Below, one piece after another: positions 37,234-46,414 of a DNA stretch of 53,755 bases; position 1 is the stretch's first letter, and each line of letters begins with the position of its first letter. A program made the translations under genes and the position numbers. The notes beneath the pieces were generated by a model. It had not been told where the DNA came from, searched no databases, and saw only the letters and a list, made by a program, of their open reading frames with translations. The stretch is from Candidatus Micrarchaeota archaeon (GTDB lineage Archaea; Micrarchaeota; Micrarchaeia; Micrarchaeales; CABMGC01), in assembly GCA_021810375.1 (NCBI GenBank), contig JAJZJB010000001.1, positions 1 through 53,755 of the forward strand, written 5' to 3'.

Positions 37234-37542
37234 TCAGGACTTTGCCGGTGCGGCTGCAGGAGCTGCCCCGGGCTTCGCCTTCTTTTCCTTCTCCTTCTTG
37301 GCAAACCTCTGCATAGCCTCCTTGCTTTTGTATGAATATGCCTTTACTTCGCTCGTCCTTACGCCATAATTCTGGTCTACGCGCACTATCTGGAACGTGT
37401 CCGGGCTCAGGTTGAGTTTCTTGCAGATGCCCTCGGCTATCTCCGCCTTTGTAGGCGTCTTGCCTTCATACACTGCATGAGCGGAGATCTCCCTCCTCTC
37501 GAAGAGCTTGTCTTCATGGTCATCATTTATAGTCAATTCCAT
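37234..37542 (-). CDS. rps24e: 30S ribosomal protein S24e
   Basis: KLFERREI, KTPTKAEI; position before rps27ae. Confidence 0.9.
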   Translation of the reverse strand: MELTINDDHEDKLFERREISAHAVYEGKTPTKAEIAEGICKKLNLSPDTFQIVRVDQNYGVRTSEVKAYSYKSKEAMQRFAKKEKEKKAKPGAAPAAAPAKS

Positions 37543-37546
37543 ATAC

Positions 37547-37951
37547 TTATGCACCTCCTACAACTCTTGAGATCGCCCGCTTGCCCATGCTCTCGAGTAT
37601 TTCCACTTCCGCGCCGGCCTTGAGCGACCCCTTGAGGTCTTCAGGTATCGTAACTTCAAACGTATCGTAGTTCTCCAGATCCATCAACTGCACAGTAGTA
37701 TCGGTCAGAGAGACTATCTGGGCTTTCTTCTTGGTAATTATTGGCACCTCGACATCTGCATGACTCGTGGCAAGCATGGTCCTCTTCTGGTTGTCGAACA
37801 CACCGACTGCGGTGATTCTTACCTTAGCAGCTCCGTGTTTTCCAGGCGACGAGAAGTCAAGCTCAACAACCTTGCAGGGTATACCGTCTATGAGGAGGTA
37901 CTTGCCTGGCTTGATGTCTTTCATCGATGAGTACATTATGTCTTCCGGCAT
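37547..37951 (-). CDS. eif5a: Translation factor aIF5A
   Basis: PGKHGAAK hypusination loop; VQLMDLENYDTFE. Confidence 0.95.
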   Translation of the reverse strand: MPEDIMYSSMKDIKPGKYLLIDGIPCKVVELDFSSPGKHGAAKVRITAVGVFDNQKRTMLATSHADVEVPIITKKKAQIVSLTDTTVQLMDLENYDTFEVTIPEDLKGSLKAGAEVEILESMGKRAISRVVGGA

Positions 37952-38118
37952 CTAACCATACCATCTTTTGAGCAGAATGCTCAAGATTATATGAATAGGA
38001 ATCATTATTAAATATACTCCCAGACTTACGTTATCTTGTTCTCAGAGAGAACCCATACATTCTTCTCGCGCGACAATCGTGGAAGCCAGGCTAACCGCGT
38101 GCATATTTTTCCAGGATC

Positions 38119-39153
38119 TCAGTAGAGCCTGTCGACTCCTTCCATAGCCATTGCAGCAGCGTGCTCCTTGTACTCCTTTGGGCTGCCGAATTTGGCCTTT
38201 ACTCCGGTGATTATGGACATGACGCGAACCTGGTCTGCAAGTTCCGGAAGCATGCGCGCTCCGAAAATCACATTTGCATCAGGAGCAAGGGCATCTGTAA
38301 CGCCTTCCCCGATCCTTGTTGCATCGCTTATGCTCAGGTTGCTTCCACCCACAACATGGATCAGGCCACCCTTGGCCCCTTCATAGTCAACATTGAGGAG
38401 AGGGTGTGTCCTTGTAGACCTTATTGCCTGCTGCACCCTATCCGCACCGCTGCCGGATCCAAGGCTTATAACTGCAGTACCCGTGTCCTTGACCACATTC
38501 CTAAGATCTGCAAAGTCCAGATTGATCAGGCTTGGCAGAGTTATTGTATCGGATATTCCCTTAACTGCGTTGCCGGTTATGTTGTCAACCAGCTCGAACG
38601 CCCTCTCGATAGGCAGGTTGGGCACGTATGAGAGGAGCTTGTCGTTCTCTATCACTATCGTGCAGTCAGCCTGCTTCTGGAGTTGCTCAAGCCCCCAGTC
38701 GGCCTTGAGCTTCCTGGACCTTTCAAGTGAGAATGGATAGGTTACTGTTGCTATGACCGTTGCGCCAAGCTCCCTTGCAACATTGGCCACCGTAGGTGCT
38801 GCCCCTGTTCCTGTTCCCCCACCCATGCCTGCGGCAACGAAGACCAGGTTGTAACCCTGAAGGGCTGCCTCAATCTCCCCGCGTGACATGTCAGCGCACT
38901 TTGCTGCAACTTCTGGAAATCCTCCGGCGCCAAGGCCGTTGGTTATCTCCTTGCCTATGAGTATCTTCTTGTGCGCCTTAATCATGTTCAAGTGACCTAT
39001 ATCGGTATTCACTGCCACGGTATCCGCGCTCTTTATATTGTGCGAAAAGAGCCTGTTCACTAAGTTACTTCCCTGTCCACCGACACCAACTACCGCTATT
39101 CTGGGTGTGAAGGCATCATAGTCGAATTGATTTTCTCCCATCCTGGTCACCAA
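38119..39153 (-). CDS. ftsZ: Cell division protein FtsZ (second tandem copy, more divergent)
   Basis: GVGGQGSN, GLGAGG, AGMGGGTGTG, PSLINLDFAD. Confidence 0.93.
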   Translation of the reverse strand: MVTRMGENQFDYDAFTPRIAVVGVGGQGSNLVNRLFSHNIKSADTVAVNTDIGHLNMIKAHKKILIGKEITNGLGAGGFPEVAAKCADMSRGEIEAALQGYNLVFVAAGMGGGTGTGAAPTVANVARELGATVIATVTYPFSLERSRKLKADWGLEQLQKQADCTIVIENDKLLSYVPNLPIERAFELVDNITGNAVKGISDTITLPSLINLDFADLRNVVKDTGTAVISLGSGSGADRVQQAIRSTRTHPLLNVDYEGAKGGLIHVVGGSNLSISDATRIGEGVTDALAPDANVIFGARMLPELADQVRVMSIITGVKAKFGSPKEYKEHAAAMAMEGVDRLY

Positions 39154-39158
39154 ATATG

Positions 39159-39183
39159 AAAAACGGCAGGCAAGATGCCTGCC
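39159..39183 (-). terminator. Hairpin plus T-tract between the two ftsZ genes
   Basis: Minus strand GGCAGGCA-TCT-TGCCTGCC followed by GTTTTT. Confidence 0.55.
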
Positions 39184-39212
39184 TAATCATCTCATGAACT
39201 TGTCTTGCGAGA

Positions 39213-40259
39213 TCAAATGGTCTCTAGGCCGCTGTATGTGGGCTCCTTCTGCTCCTCAAACTTCCCTATGATGCTTGAGCCCTTCACGCCAGTGACTATA
39301 GCCACTATCTCAAGTTGGCCCTCGTATCCCGGGATTATTCTTGCTCCCCACTTGATGTTAGCCTTCGGATCCATGCGCTCTGTTATAACTTCACCAGCCT
39401 TTATGGCATCTCCCAACGTAAGGTCTGATGCACCGGATATGTGTATCAGCGCGCCTTTCGCATTCTCGAAGTCTACATCGAGCAGCTTGTTCTTGAGCAC
39501 TGCCTCAGCCGCAGACATCACCTTGTCGTTGCCCTTTCCGGTTCCGACAGAGATGAATCCCACGTCGCCGCTTCCCATTATTGAACGTACGTCAGCGAAG
39601 TCTATGTTTATCAGGCTCGGCTGCGTGATTGTCCAGACGAGTCCGCCTATTGCCTTTGCCAATATGTCGTCAGCCACAGCGAACGCCTCGTTCATAGGCA
39701 GGTTAGGCACAAGCTTTACAAGCCTGTTGTTGTCGAGTATTATTACGCTGTCAGCGTATTTCCTGAGCTTTGATATTCCCTCCTCGGCCTTGAGCTTCCT
39801 AACCCTTTCTAAGTCGAACGGGTATGTTACCATAGCGACAACTATTGCACCCTGCTCTTTTGCTATCTGGGCAACAACTGGCATCGATCCAGTACCTGTT
39901 CCTCCTCCCATGCCTGCGCATAGGAAGACAAGTTGCGCGCCATAGAGCACTTCTTCAAGCACCTGCCTGTCCACTTCAGCAGCCTTTGCTCCTATGTCAG
40001 GAGCGCCTCCGGCGCCGAGTCCGCGGGTTATGCTCTTTCCGATAAGTATCTTCTTTATCCTGTCGTCGATTATCTTGAAATGCTGTACATCGGTATTGAT
40101 TGCAACCAGGTCAGTGCCCTTGACTCCGACCTTGAGAAGCCTGTTAACGGTGTTGTTGCCACCGCCGCCGCATCCGATTGTCACTATCTTTATCTGCGGA
40201 GTGCCCGCAGAAGCATCCTCACTTTTTCCACCTAACAACTCGTTTGTAAAGTCTACCAT
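39213..40259 (-). CDS. ftsZ: Cell division protein FtsZ (first tandem copy)
   Basis: GCGGGGNN, GLGAGG, AGMGGGTGTG, QPSLINIDFAD. Confidence 0.96.
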   Translation of the reverse strand: MVDFTNELLGGKSEDASAGTPQIKIVTIGCGGGGNNTVNRLLKVGVKGTDLVAINTDVQHFKIIDDRIKKILIGKSITRGLGAGGAPDIGAKAAEVDRQVLEEVLYGAQLVFLCAGMGGGTGTGSMPVVAQIAKEQGAIVVAMVTYPFDLERVRKLKAEEGISKLRKYADSVIILDNNRLVKLVPNLPMNEAFAVADDILAKAIGGLVWTITQPSLINIDFADVRSIMGSGDVGFISVGTGKGNDKVMSAAEAVLKNKLLDVDFENAKGALIHISGASDLTLGDAIKAGEVITERMDPKANIKWGARIIPGYEGQLEIVAIVTGVKGSSIIGKFEEQKEPTYSGLETI

Positions 40260-40508
40260 ACCGATCGCCCGGTAATGCAATTACAATCAATAGGTTTAAA
40301 TAGCTTTTGTAAATCTGCTGTTAGCGGAATGTGCTAAATTGCTAGGTTTTTCAGAGATTTTCCAGATTGGTTAGATTGCCAGATAACTAAACGGTAATTG
40401 CTTCTTAATGTATTTTGTAACTATGCAGGCATGTCGGCCGTATGTCGCAGAATAACAGTAGAAAAACTATTTATATGACGAAAAACCTTGGTATAGGTTA
40501 GTGGTAAG

Positions 40509-41051
40509 ATGAAGGCAAGATCAGGAATCAGGGCGAGGTCTGCGCTTAGCGGGCAGGAGATTGCAGAGCTTGCCGCACTGCAACGTCAGCTCAGGCGCAG
40601 CGACGTATTTGGCAAGAACAGGATCGCTATCATAAAGCGATGCGAAGAGATACGAGGACAGGGGCAGGGCTTAGCGTCACGTAAGGCCGCGCCGATCGCC
40701 AGCGCGGACCAGAACCAGGCAAGACAGATAGTTTCCTCGGCGGAGAGGCTTTTCAGGAACTATATGGCGCAAGGAGCACCACATAGGCAATTCGACGAAC
40801 TGGTGATCGCAGCATTCGGACTTGCAATGAGACCGCCAACAGAATGGAGATGGAACAGCAACGCTGGCATAAAGGAAGCCAAGAGGAGGGTAGCAGCGTT
40901 TGCGGAGAGAGAGGGACGACGCCCGGGCGAAGGCGAATTCGGGGGATTGCTCGGCCTGGGCGGCTTCATGGACATTTACAAGAAGGCCTTGGGCAGTGCT
41001 TATTCGTACGAGTCTATGATGATGGTGCTTTCGCGCATGAGTGTGGAATGA
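40509..41051 (+). CDS. Hypothetical protein
   Basis: 180-aa ORF with an upstream TTTATAT; no recognisable motif. Confidence 0.55.
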   Translation: MKARSGIRARSALSGQEIAELAALQRQLRRSDVFGKNRIAIIKRCEEIRGQGQGLASRKAAPIASADQNQARQIVSSAERLFRNYMAQGAPHRQFDELVIAAFGLAMRPPTEWRWNSNAGIKEAKRRVAAFAEREGRRPGEGEFGGLLGLGGFMDIYKKALGSAYSYESMMMVLSRMSVE

Positions 41052-41081
41052 TATTTATGGCTTTGATTCCAATGGCATATC

Positions 41082-41384
41082 ATGAGAACTGAAGAATTGG
41101 CCAGGCGCCTTGACTCATATCCATTGACCCCGTTTCAGAAGCGCGTGCTTAGAGTTGTTGCGAAGATTCCCAAGGGAAAAACTCTAACATACAAGCAGGT
41201 GGCTGCCCTGGCAGGAAAGCCGAATGCGTACAGGGCCGTCGGTACAGCCGTCAGGAATAATCCCCTGGCGCCAATGATACCCTGCCATAGGGTAGTCCGT
41301 GGTGATGGCATTGGGAATTACTCTGGAAAAGGAGGCCGCGCAGGTAAGATCAGGATGCTAAGGGCAGAGGGCGCGGTCACTTAG
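41082..41384 (+). CDS. ogt: Methylated-DNA-protein-cysteine methyltransferase (short MGMT)
   Basis: IPKGKTLTYKQVA, AYRAVGTA, IPCHRVV active site. Confidence 0.92.
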   Translation: MRTEELARRLDSYPLTPFQKRVLRVVAKIPKGKTLTYKQVAALAGKPNAYRAVGTAVRNNPLAPMIPCHRVVRGDGIGNYSGKGGRAGKIRMLRAEGAVT

Positions 41385-41817
41385 GCTCTTTCTGTGCTGC
41401 GCCTTTATCGGTAAGCTCAACCTCTATCCCGCCAACCTTGGGAGCGAGGAAATTGTATGCAAGCGCGCCAAACACTCCGGCTAGGAACCCCAATATTGCG
41501 AAGAGTATCGGCAATGCCACTATTGCAGCTATACCTAAGAGGCCGAAGATTGGGCTTGAGCCGAATATTGGAAGATTGGAGAATGAACCGAGCGATCCAA
41601 GCGACCCGGGTATCGATGCCGGCACAGCAAATGGCGATGCGGGTGATACGGCCCCGGAGGATATCGAGGATAAATTTCCTATAGAACCCAGAAGACCCTG
41701 GAAAATAAATGAAAAGGCAGCCAACGCCAAACCGTAAAGGAGCCCTACTATGGCGCCGGCTATGGCCATCATCTTGCCAGCAGATGTTGCTACTATCTTG
41801 CTTATCACAATTGCCAT
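41377..41817 (-). CDS. Two-transmembrane hypothetical membrane protein (DUF3566-like)
   Basis: Two hydrophobic segments and C-terminal YNFLAPKVGGIEVE. Confidence 0.65.
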   Translation of the reverse strand: MAIVISKIVATSAGKMMAIAGAIVGLLYGLALAAFSFIFQGLLGSIGNLSSISSGAVSPASPFAVPASIPGSLGSLGSFSNLPIFGSSPIFGLLGIAAIVALPILFAILGFLAGVFGALAYNFLAPKVGGIEVELTDKGAAQKEPK

Positions 41818-41821
41818 GTGA

Positions 41822-43585
41822 TCACTTGTCCTCTACCTTTACCCTTTTCTGCATGCCATACATTTCTATTATCTCTTTTGTTGATGTAGCATCTTCGGGG
41901 CCCTTGTCCTCTCTTACGCCATCGCTAACTATCCTTGGGAACCTCAGCGCATATCCAGTCTCTCCCTCTTTTCCGCAGGTATGCATAGGCGACTTTGTAA
42001 TCTCGTCTGCCCTGACAGTAACCACGTAAGTGGGTTCGACCCAGAAGTCCGGGACAACAACCGCGTCGACGCGCGCGGGCTTGCCTGGCCTCTTTATCTT
42101 GTCAAGCATCCTCTTGAAGGACTTCATCTGCTCCTCGGAGAACCCGGTGCCAATCCTGGTTATAGTCTCGAACATGTCCCTCTTCTCGTTATATACTGCG
42201 GCCAGCAGTCCGCCGAATTGGAACTCGGCGCGGGAGCCTCTGCCCAGGTAGTATCCAACTATAACTAAATCAACGGTATCGGATAGTTCGCCCTTGTAGC
42301 TCCTTTTCAGCTTTATCCAGCCGAACTTCCTTGCTCCGGCAACATACGGCGCGTTGAGATCCTTGGCCACTATCCCTTCCAATCCTTCGGATATCTGCTC
42401 CTCGAAGTATTTCTCGAGCTCTTTCGGATTCTCCGCTATTATCCTTCCGGAAGGGATGATTGTCTTGCTTCCCTTTATAACATATTCGAGCTTCGCTCTT
42501 CTCTCGTGGTAGGGTTTCTCAAGGTAGTCTTCTCCGTCTAGATACATCAGGTCGAAGGCGAATAGGTGAAGGGGCATGGTCTCGCTGAACTCCTCTATCC
42601 CATGCTTCCTTTTCCTCTGTATGGTCTCCTGGAATGGCCTGAACTCTCCAGTCTCTTCGTTGTATGCTATAGCCTCGCCCTCTATTATCGCCCGCTCTGC
42701 CTTGACTTCGGACAGGGCTGCTTCGGCTATTTCAGGAAGCATGGGCGTGAGCTTCTCAAGGTTCCGTGAGAATATCTCGACTCTCTTCTTGCCCTTGTCC
42801 AGGTGCACCTGCGCCCTCAGTCCGTCGTATTTTGATTCGACGGCGCACTTGCCGTGCATCTTTTCGAGTATCTCCTCGGATGTTGGGAGTCGCTCGGCCA
42901 GCGCGGGCCGGATGGGATTGAAGACTGAGACCTTGACTTTCTCTATGCCCTTCATTCCCGACTCAGCAAGCACTTCGCCGACCTTCCCAAGATCGCCGCA
43001 TATGTTGTATGCGTTCTCGAGCAGTGCCTTGGATCTCCTTTCTCCTGTTGCCATTTTTGAGAGAGCCTCGAGTATCGTGGCGTCTCCGGCGCCCAGGCGC
43101 ACCTTCCCGAGCGCAAGCCTGATTATGTATCTGGCTTCCAAGGGGCTGGCAGATGCAAGGAGCGCGGCAATATTGCGGATCTTGGCCTCCTGGCTTCCTG
43201 AACCCGATGTTGAGGCTGTCTTCAACATCATCGCGAATACGTCGCGCACGCTCTGCTTCCTTGAACTCATTCTCTTGAGCTTCGTCTTCCTGGCAAGGCC
43301 CTCTGCAGTATTCCCGAGGTCTCCCGTCCTCTTCGCATCCGCCACTACTTCTTCCTTGGTGAACCCTGTTGCTGATGCTATTGCCTGTTGTGCGAACTTC
43401 TCTGCTATTCCGATCTGTATGCCCTCGAACGGAGGGCCGAGCAATCCCTGCGTCATGTAGATGAGCGGTCTCATCTCCTCCTTCTCTGCCTTGCCGAACA
43501 TTTCAGCAAGTATGTCTATCATTGATATCCTGGAAGTAACGGATTCTAGTTTCTCATAATACGATGCCGCATCCTCGAAGAGCAT
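41822..43585 (-). CDS. lig: ATP-dependent DNA ligase
   Basis: ESKYDGLRAQVH (motif I), EGIVAK, WIKLK, DLVIVG, ALRFPRI. Confidence 0.97.
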   Translation of the reverse strand: MLFEDAASYYEKLESVTSRISMIDILAEMFGKAEKEEMRPLIYMTQGLLGPPFEGIQIGIAEKFAQQAIASATGFTKEEVVADAKRTGDLGNTAEGLARKTKLKRMSSRKQSVRDVFAMMLKTASTSGSGSQEAKIRNIAALLASASPLEARYIIRLALGKVRLGAGDATILEALSKMATGERRSKALLENAYNICGDLGKVGEVLAESGMKGIEKVKVSVFNPIRPALAERLPTSEEILEKMHGKCAVESKYDGLRAQVHLDKGKKRVEIFSRNLEKLTPMLPEIAEAALSEVKAERAIIEGEAIAYNEETGEFRPFQETIQRKRKHGIEEFSETMPLHLFAFDLMYLDGEDYLEKPYHERRAKLEYVIKGSKTIIPSGRIIAENPKELEKYFEEQISEGLEGIVAKDLNAPYVAGARKFGWIKLKRSYKGELSDTVDLVIVGYYLGRGSRAEFQFGGLLAAVYNEKRDMFETITRIGTGFSEEQMKSFKRMLDKIKRPGKPARVDAVVVPDFWVEPTYVVTVRADEITKSPMHTCGKEGETGYALRFPRIVSDGVREDKGPEDATSTKEIIEMYGMQKRVKVEDK

Positions 43586-43712
43586 CAGACCACCATTACC
43601 TATTGCATGCAAACATTATATTGGTTGCCTTGCCTTGGCTGTGACACGCTCTTGCAAGTGCCGGCTGCTGTTTCCCTTTTATACTTTGATTCTGCAATGC
43701 TATTGTGGTCCA

Positions 43713-44360
43713 TTGCTAGAGTACAATAGCTTAAGCATAGAGACTGGCAGCCGGGTCTACATGCCTGCAGAGGACTCCATGCTGGCAGCAAGGCTGGTCA
43801 GCGGGTACCTCGCAAGCGAGAAAAGGCGCGGCCTTGAAGCTATCGACATGGGCACAGGAACGGGAATACTTGGGCTGGCAATGGCAATGGACAAGCACGT
43901 CAGGCGTGTGAGACTTTCCGATATAAATCCAGATGCAGTTGACCTGGCTAGGCGGAATTACGAAAGGAACAAGGATAAGCTTCATGCATCATGCTTATTC
44001 TCTGTTGCTGACATGTTCCCGAGGGCAAATGAAAAGTATGATGTTATAACGTTCAACGCGCCGTACCTGAATAAAGAGGAGGGCGAGAAAGGAGAACTTT
44101 GGTGGGACGGAGGGAAGGAAGGCATTGAGGTATCGCTGCGCTTCCTGGAAGGCGCAAAGACGCACATCAAATCCGGCGGATCCGTATTCCTCGTTTACAG
44201 TTCCCTAGGGAATGAAGGGCAACTCCTCGAGGAGATAAATAAGCTTGGTTTCGTTATCTTGGAAACAAGGAGCGAGCACTATTTCTTTGAGGATATAAGA
44301 GTCTCAAGGATGGTTAGGGAGCCGATATCCCGCCGTGCCCTTTCCGAGGAAAGCGTATGA
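43713..44360 (+). CDS. HemK2/Mtq2-type (release factor glutamine) methyltransferase
   Basis: VYMPAEDS, IDMGTGTG, FNAPY (NPPY variant), WDGGKEG, FFE. TTG start is inferred. Confidence 0.85.
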   Translation: MLEYNSLSIETGSRVYMPAEDSMLAARLVSGYLASEKRRGLEAIDMGTGTGILGLAMAMDKHVRRVRLSDINPDAVDLARRNYERNKDKLHASCLFSVADMFPRANEKYDVITFNAPYLNKEEGEKGELWWDGGKEGIEVSLRFLEGAKTHIKSGGSVFLVYSSLGNEGQLLEEINKLGFVILETRSEHYFFEDIRVSRMVREPISRRALSEESV

Positions 44361-44784
44361 CATTGGCTCGGGACAGCGATTCGTCGAGTTTATGTATCTC
44401 CCTTGCAAGGCCCTGCACTATGTCATGCCATGATACCTGCGCTTCGGGACGGAGCGGGGAGAATTTCGAGTGGAGCGAGAATATTTCCACTGCTGCACCC
44501 AAGGCGTCGGTCAGGGCGATCTTCTTTTCCCCCAAGTCGCTGGTCTCGTTTGCTATCTTAACAAACTCTGTGTACTCGGCGCGCTTCTTTTCTATTTTCA
44601 TATTGACTTCGCCGTTGCACTCGCCCAGCCATGCACTGCGCGTATCTGGCCTTTTCAATATAATGACCTTCGCAAGAGGAGCATCAGGTAAATCGGCTTT
44701 GTTGCCAGTTGAAGACTGCGCTGGTGCACGTGACCGGAATGGGAGTATCTCGGCCATCTGGGGGTTCTTGCGCAATAGTCCCAT
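44314..44784 (-). CDS. Hypothetical protein
   Basis: 156-aa ORF whose ATG overlaps the upstream stop (TAATG coupling). Confidence 0.55.
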   Translation of the reverse strand: MGLLRKNPQMAEILPFRSRAPAQSSTGNKADLPDAPLAKVIILKRPDTRSAWLGECNGEVNMKIEKKRAEYTEFVKIANETSDLGEKKIALTDALGAAVEIFSLHSKFSPLRPEAQVSWHDIVQGLAREIHKLDESLSRANVIRFPRKGHGGISAP

Positions 44785-45152
44785 TATACACGCCTCATAG
44801 CGGCGAAGTCCATTTGCCCGCTCCTGTATGCCGCTTCTATGGCCTTGCCTGGATCCCCGCTGTAATAATCGTTAAGCATCTTCGAGAGCCCGTGCCGCCT
44901 GAATGCGGCCCTGCCGGGGGTCTTGCCTCTTGATGCAGATTCAACAATGACATTGCCGATAAGGCCTATACGCACACAGCTGTCCTTAAGATCCTCCTTG
45001 CTCGGCTTGCTGCCGTGGACTTTCTGCGAGAATCTTTTCTGGCGAACAACCATGAGGCATGCTTTTCTGCAATCGAATTCCGGAGCAGCCTGCCTGCCTC
45101 CGCTGATCAGGATTAACCTGCCACTAGGCCTTCCACGCGCCTTACGCTCCAC
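44784..45152 (-). CDS. Hypothetical basic protein
   Basis: 122-aa ORF preceded by a GGAGGTG SD. Confidence 0.55.
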   Translation of the reverse strand: MERKARGRPSGRLILISGGRQAAPEFDCRKACLMVVRQKRFSQKVHGSKPSKEDLKDSCVRIGLIGNVIVESASRGKTPGRAAFRRHGLSKMLNDYYSGDPGKAIEAAYRSGQMDFAAMRRV

Positions 45153-45218
45153 TGTGACACCTCCATTTACGCTACTACTCCGTGTCTTTTAAGACTTTTG
45201 TACAAAAATCAGCGCGGA

Positions 45219-45347
45219 TCACTCGTCCTTGAACTTAACATTATCAGGAGCAGGCTTCCCGCATGCCTTGCAGTAGATGGTCTTGTCGCCTATGTACCTG
45301 CGGAACTCCTTGCTTCCGCACTCGCACACGTATGGTTCAGCCTTCAC
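45219..45347 (-). CDS. Small zinc-finger protein, 42 aa (not in the ORF track)
   Basis: MKAEPYVCECGSKEFRRYIGDKTIYCKACGKPAPDNVKFKDE (CxC...CxxC); GTG start after GGGAGA. Confidence 0.65.
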   Translation of the reverse strand: MKAEPYVCECGSKEFRRYIGDKTIYCKACGKPAPDNVKFKDE

Positions 45348-46281
45348 TCATCTCCCTCTCGATTGAATCAATTCTGGCAAAGTACCCGCCCCTTGCAAGA
45401 TAAGTGCCAAGCTCGAGGTTTATGCCAATGCTGCTCGGGTCAATGCCGTTCTTCTTTGCTGAATTCATGCTCGCTATCATAGGCCTGAGCATGTTCATCA
45501 ATTCACTGGCATCCTCCCTGTACCTTTCCATAGAGCCCAGTTGGAGTTTCCTCCTATATAATTCTGCAAGTTCCATTTGGGTCTTGTATACTGAAAGAAG
45601 CGCTCCTGCCACCCTCATTGTGCCATCAGGTTCTTCGTAAGCCTTGCGTGCTGCCAATATCTGTTTTCTCATAAATCCGAGGAGCATAATTTCCTGTTCT
45701 GACAAGGCAGGAGGAGCGCGGGGCTTCTGGCTAGTAATAATATCCTTTCTCAGGAGCCGCAGCGGCTCGGTTGGATAGGGTTGCTCCCTTGCGTTTCGCG
45801 TATTAGTAGCGAAAGAACTATCCTGCGCTGAATCAGGCATCCGGATTCCTGGATTCTTGTACGGTGTGGATGTAGCACGGAGGGTGCTTTGTATCTCCTT
45901 ACCCTGCCTTTCCCTTTGCCAGGCAAGTTCCTGCCTGGGAAGACCGTTTGCCTTTATCGCAGCGTATATTGCGCTTTTGCCATTTCCAAGCTCCCTGGCT
46001 ATCTGCGAGACAGGCATGCCCATGCCGCGGAGTGCAGCAAGCCTTGAAGCATCTACCCTCGACGGGACCCCAGAATGTGCCTTGTTCGGATCGATGCCAT
46101 ATCGCTTGTAAGCGCTGCGCACCGATGATCTTGATACGTTATATAAGCTGGCTATCTCTGGCACGGTGAGTCCATCCTCTGTAACTGACTCAAGCTGCTC
46201 CTTGGTTATTTTGGGTACTGGGCCTTTCCTCCGCATGCCCGGAAGCCTGGATCCGGATCCTTCAGTTATCACATTGCGCAT
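45337..46281 (-). CDS. Protein with two N-terminal HTH motifs and an uncharacterised helical C-terminal domain
   Basis: TVPEIASLYNVSRSSVRSAYKRYGI and PVSQIARELGNGKSAIYAAIKANGL; start uncertain (46281 or 46236). Confidence 0.7.
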   Translation of the reverse strand: MRNVITEGSGSRLPGMRRKGPVPKITKEQLESVTEDGLTVPEIASLYNVSRSSVRSAYKRYGIDPNKAHSGVPSRVDASRLAALRGMGMPVSQIARELGNGKSAIYAAIKANGLPRQELAWQRERQGKEIQSTLRATSTPYKNPGIRMPDSAQDSSFATNTRNAREQPYPTEPLRLLRKDIITSQKPRAPPALSEQEIMLLGFMRKQILAARKAYEEPDGTMRVAGALLSVYKTQMELAELYRRKLQLGSMERYREDASELMNMLRPMIASMNSAKKNGIDPSSIGINLELGTYLARGGYFARIDSIEREMSEG

Positions 46282-46414
46282 TGTGCACGAAGAAGCAGCA
46301 TACAGATTCTTGGCCCGGATAATAGATAAACTTGACAGTGAATCACCAAACGATCTCTCAAGACCAGATTCTCTTCTACTATTTATATTGCTTTTCTTCG
46401 AAAGCAGCAGGATA

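Noticed and set aside
37960..38110. Small hairpins (TTGAGCA-GAA-TGCTCAA; GTTCTC..GAGAAC) between ftsZ and aIF5A as a possible ncRNA
   Set aside because: Short stems with no recognisable RNA family motif; insufficient support.
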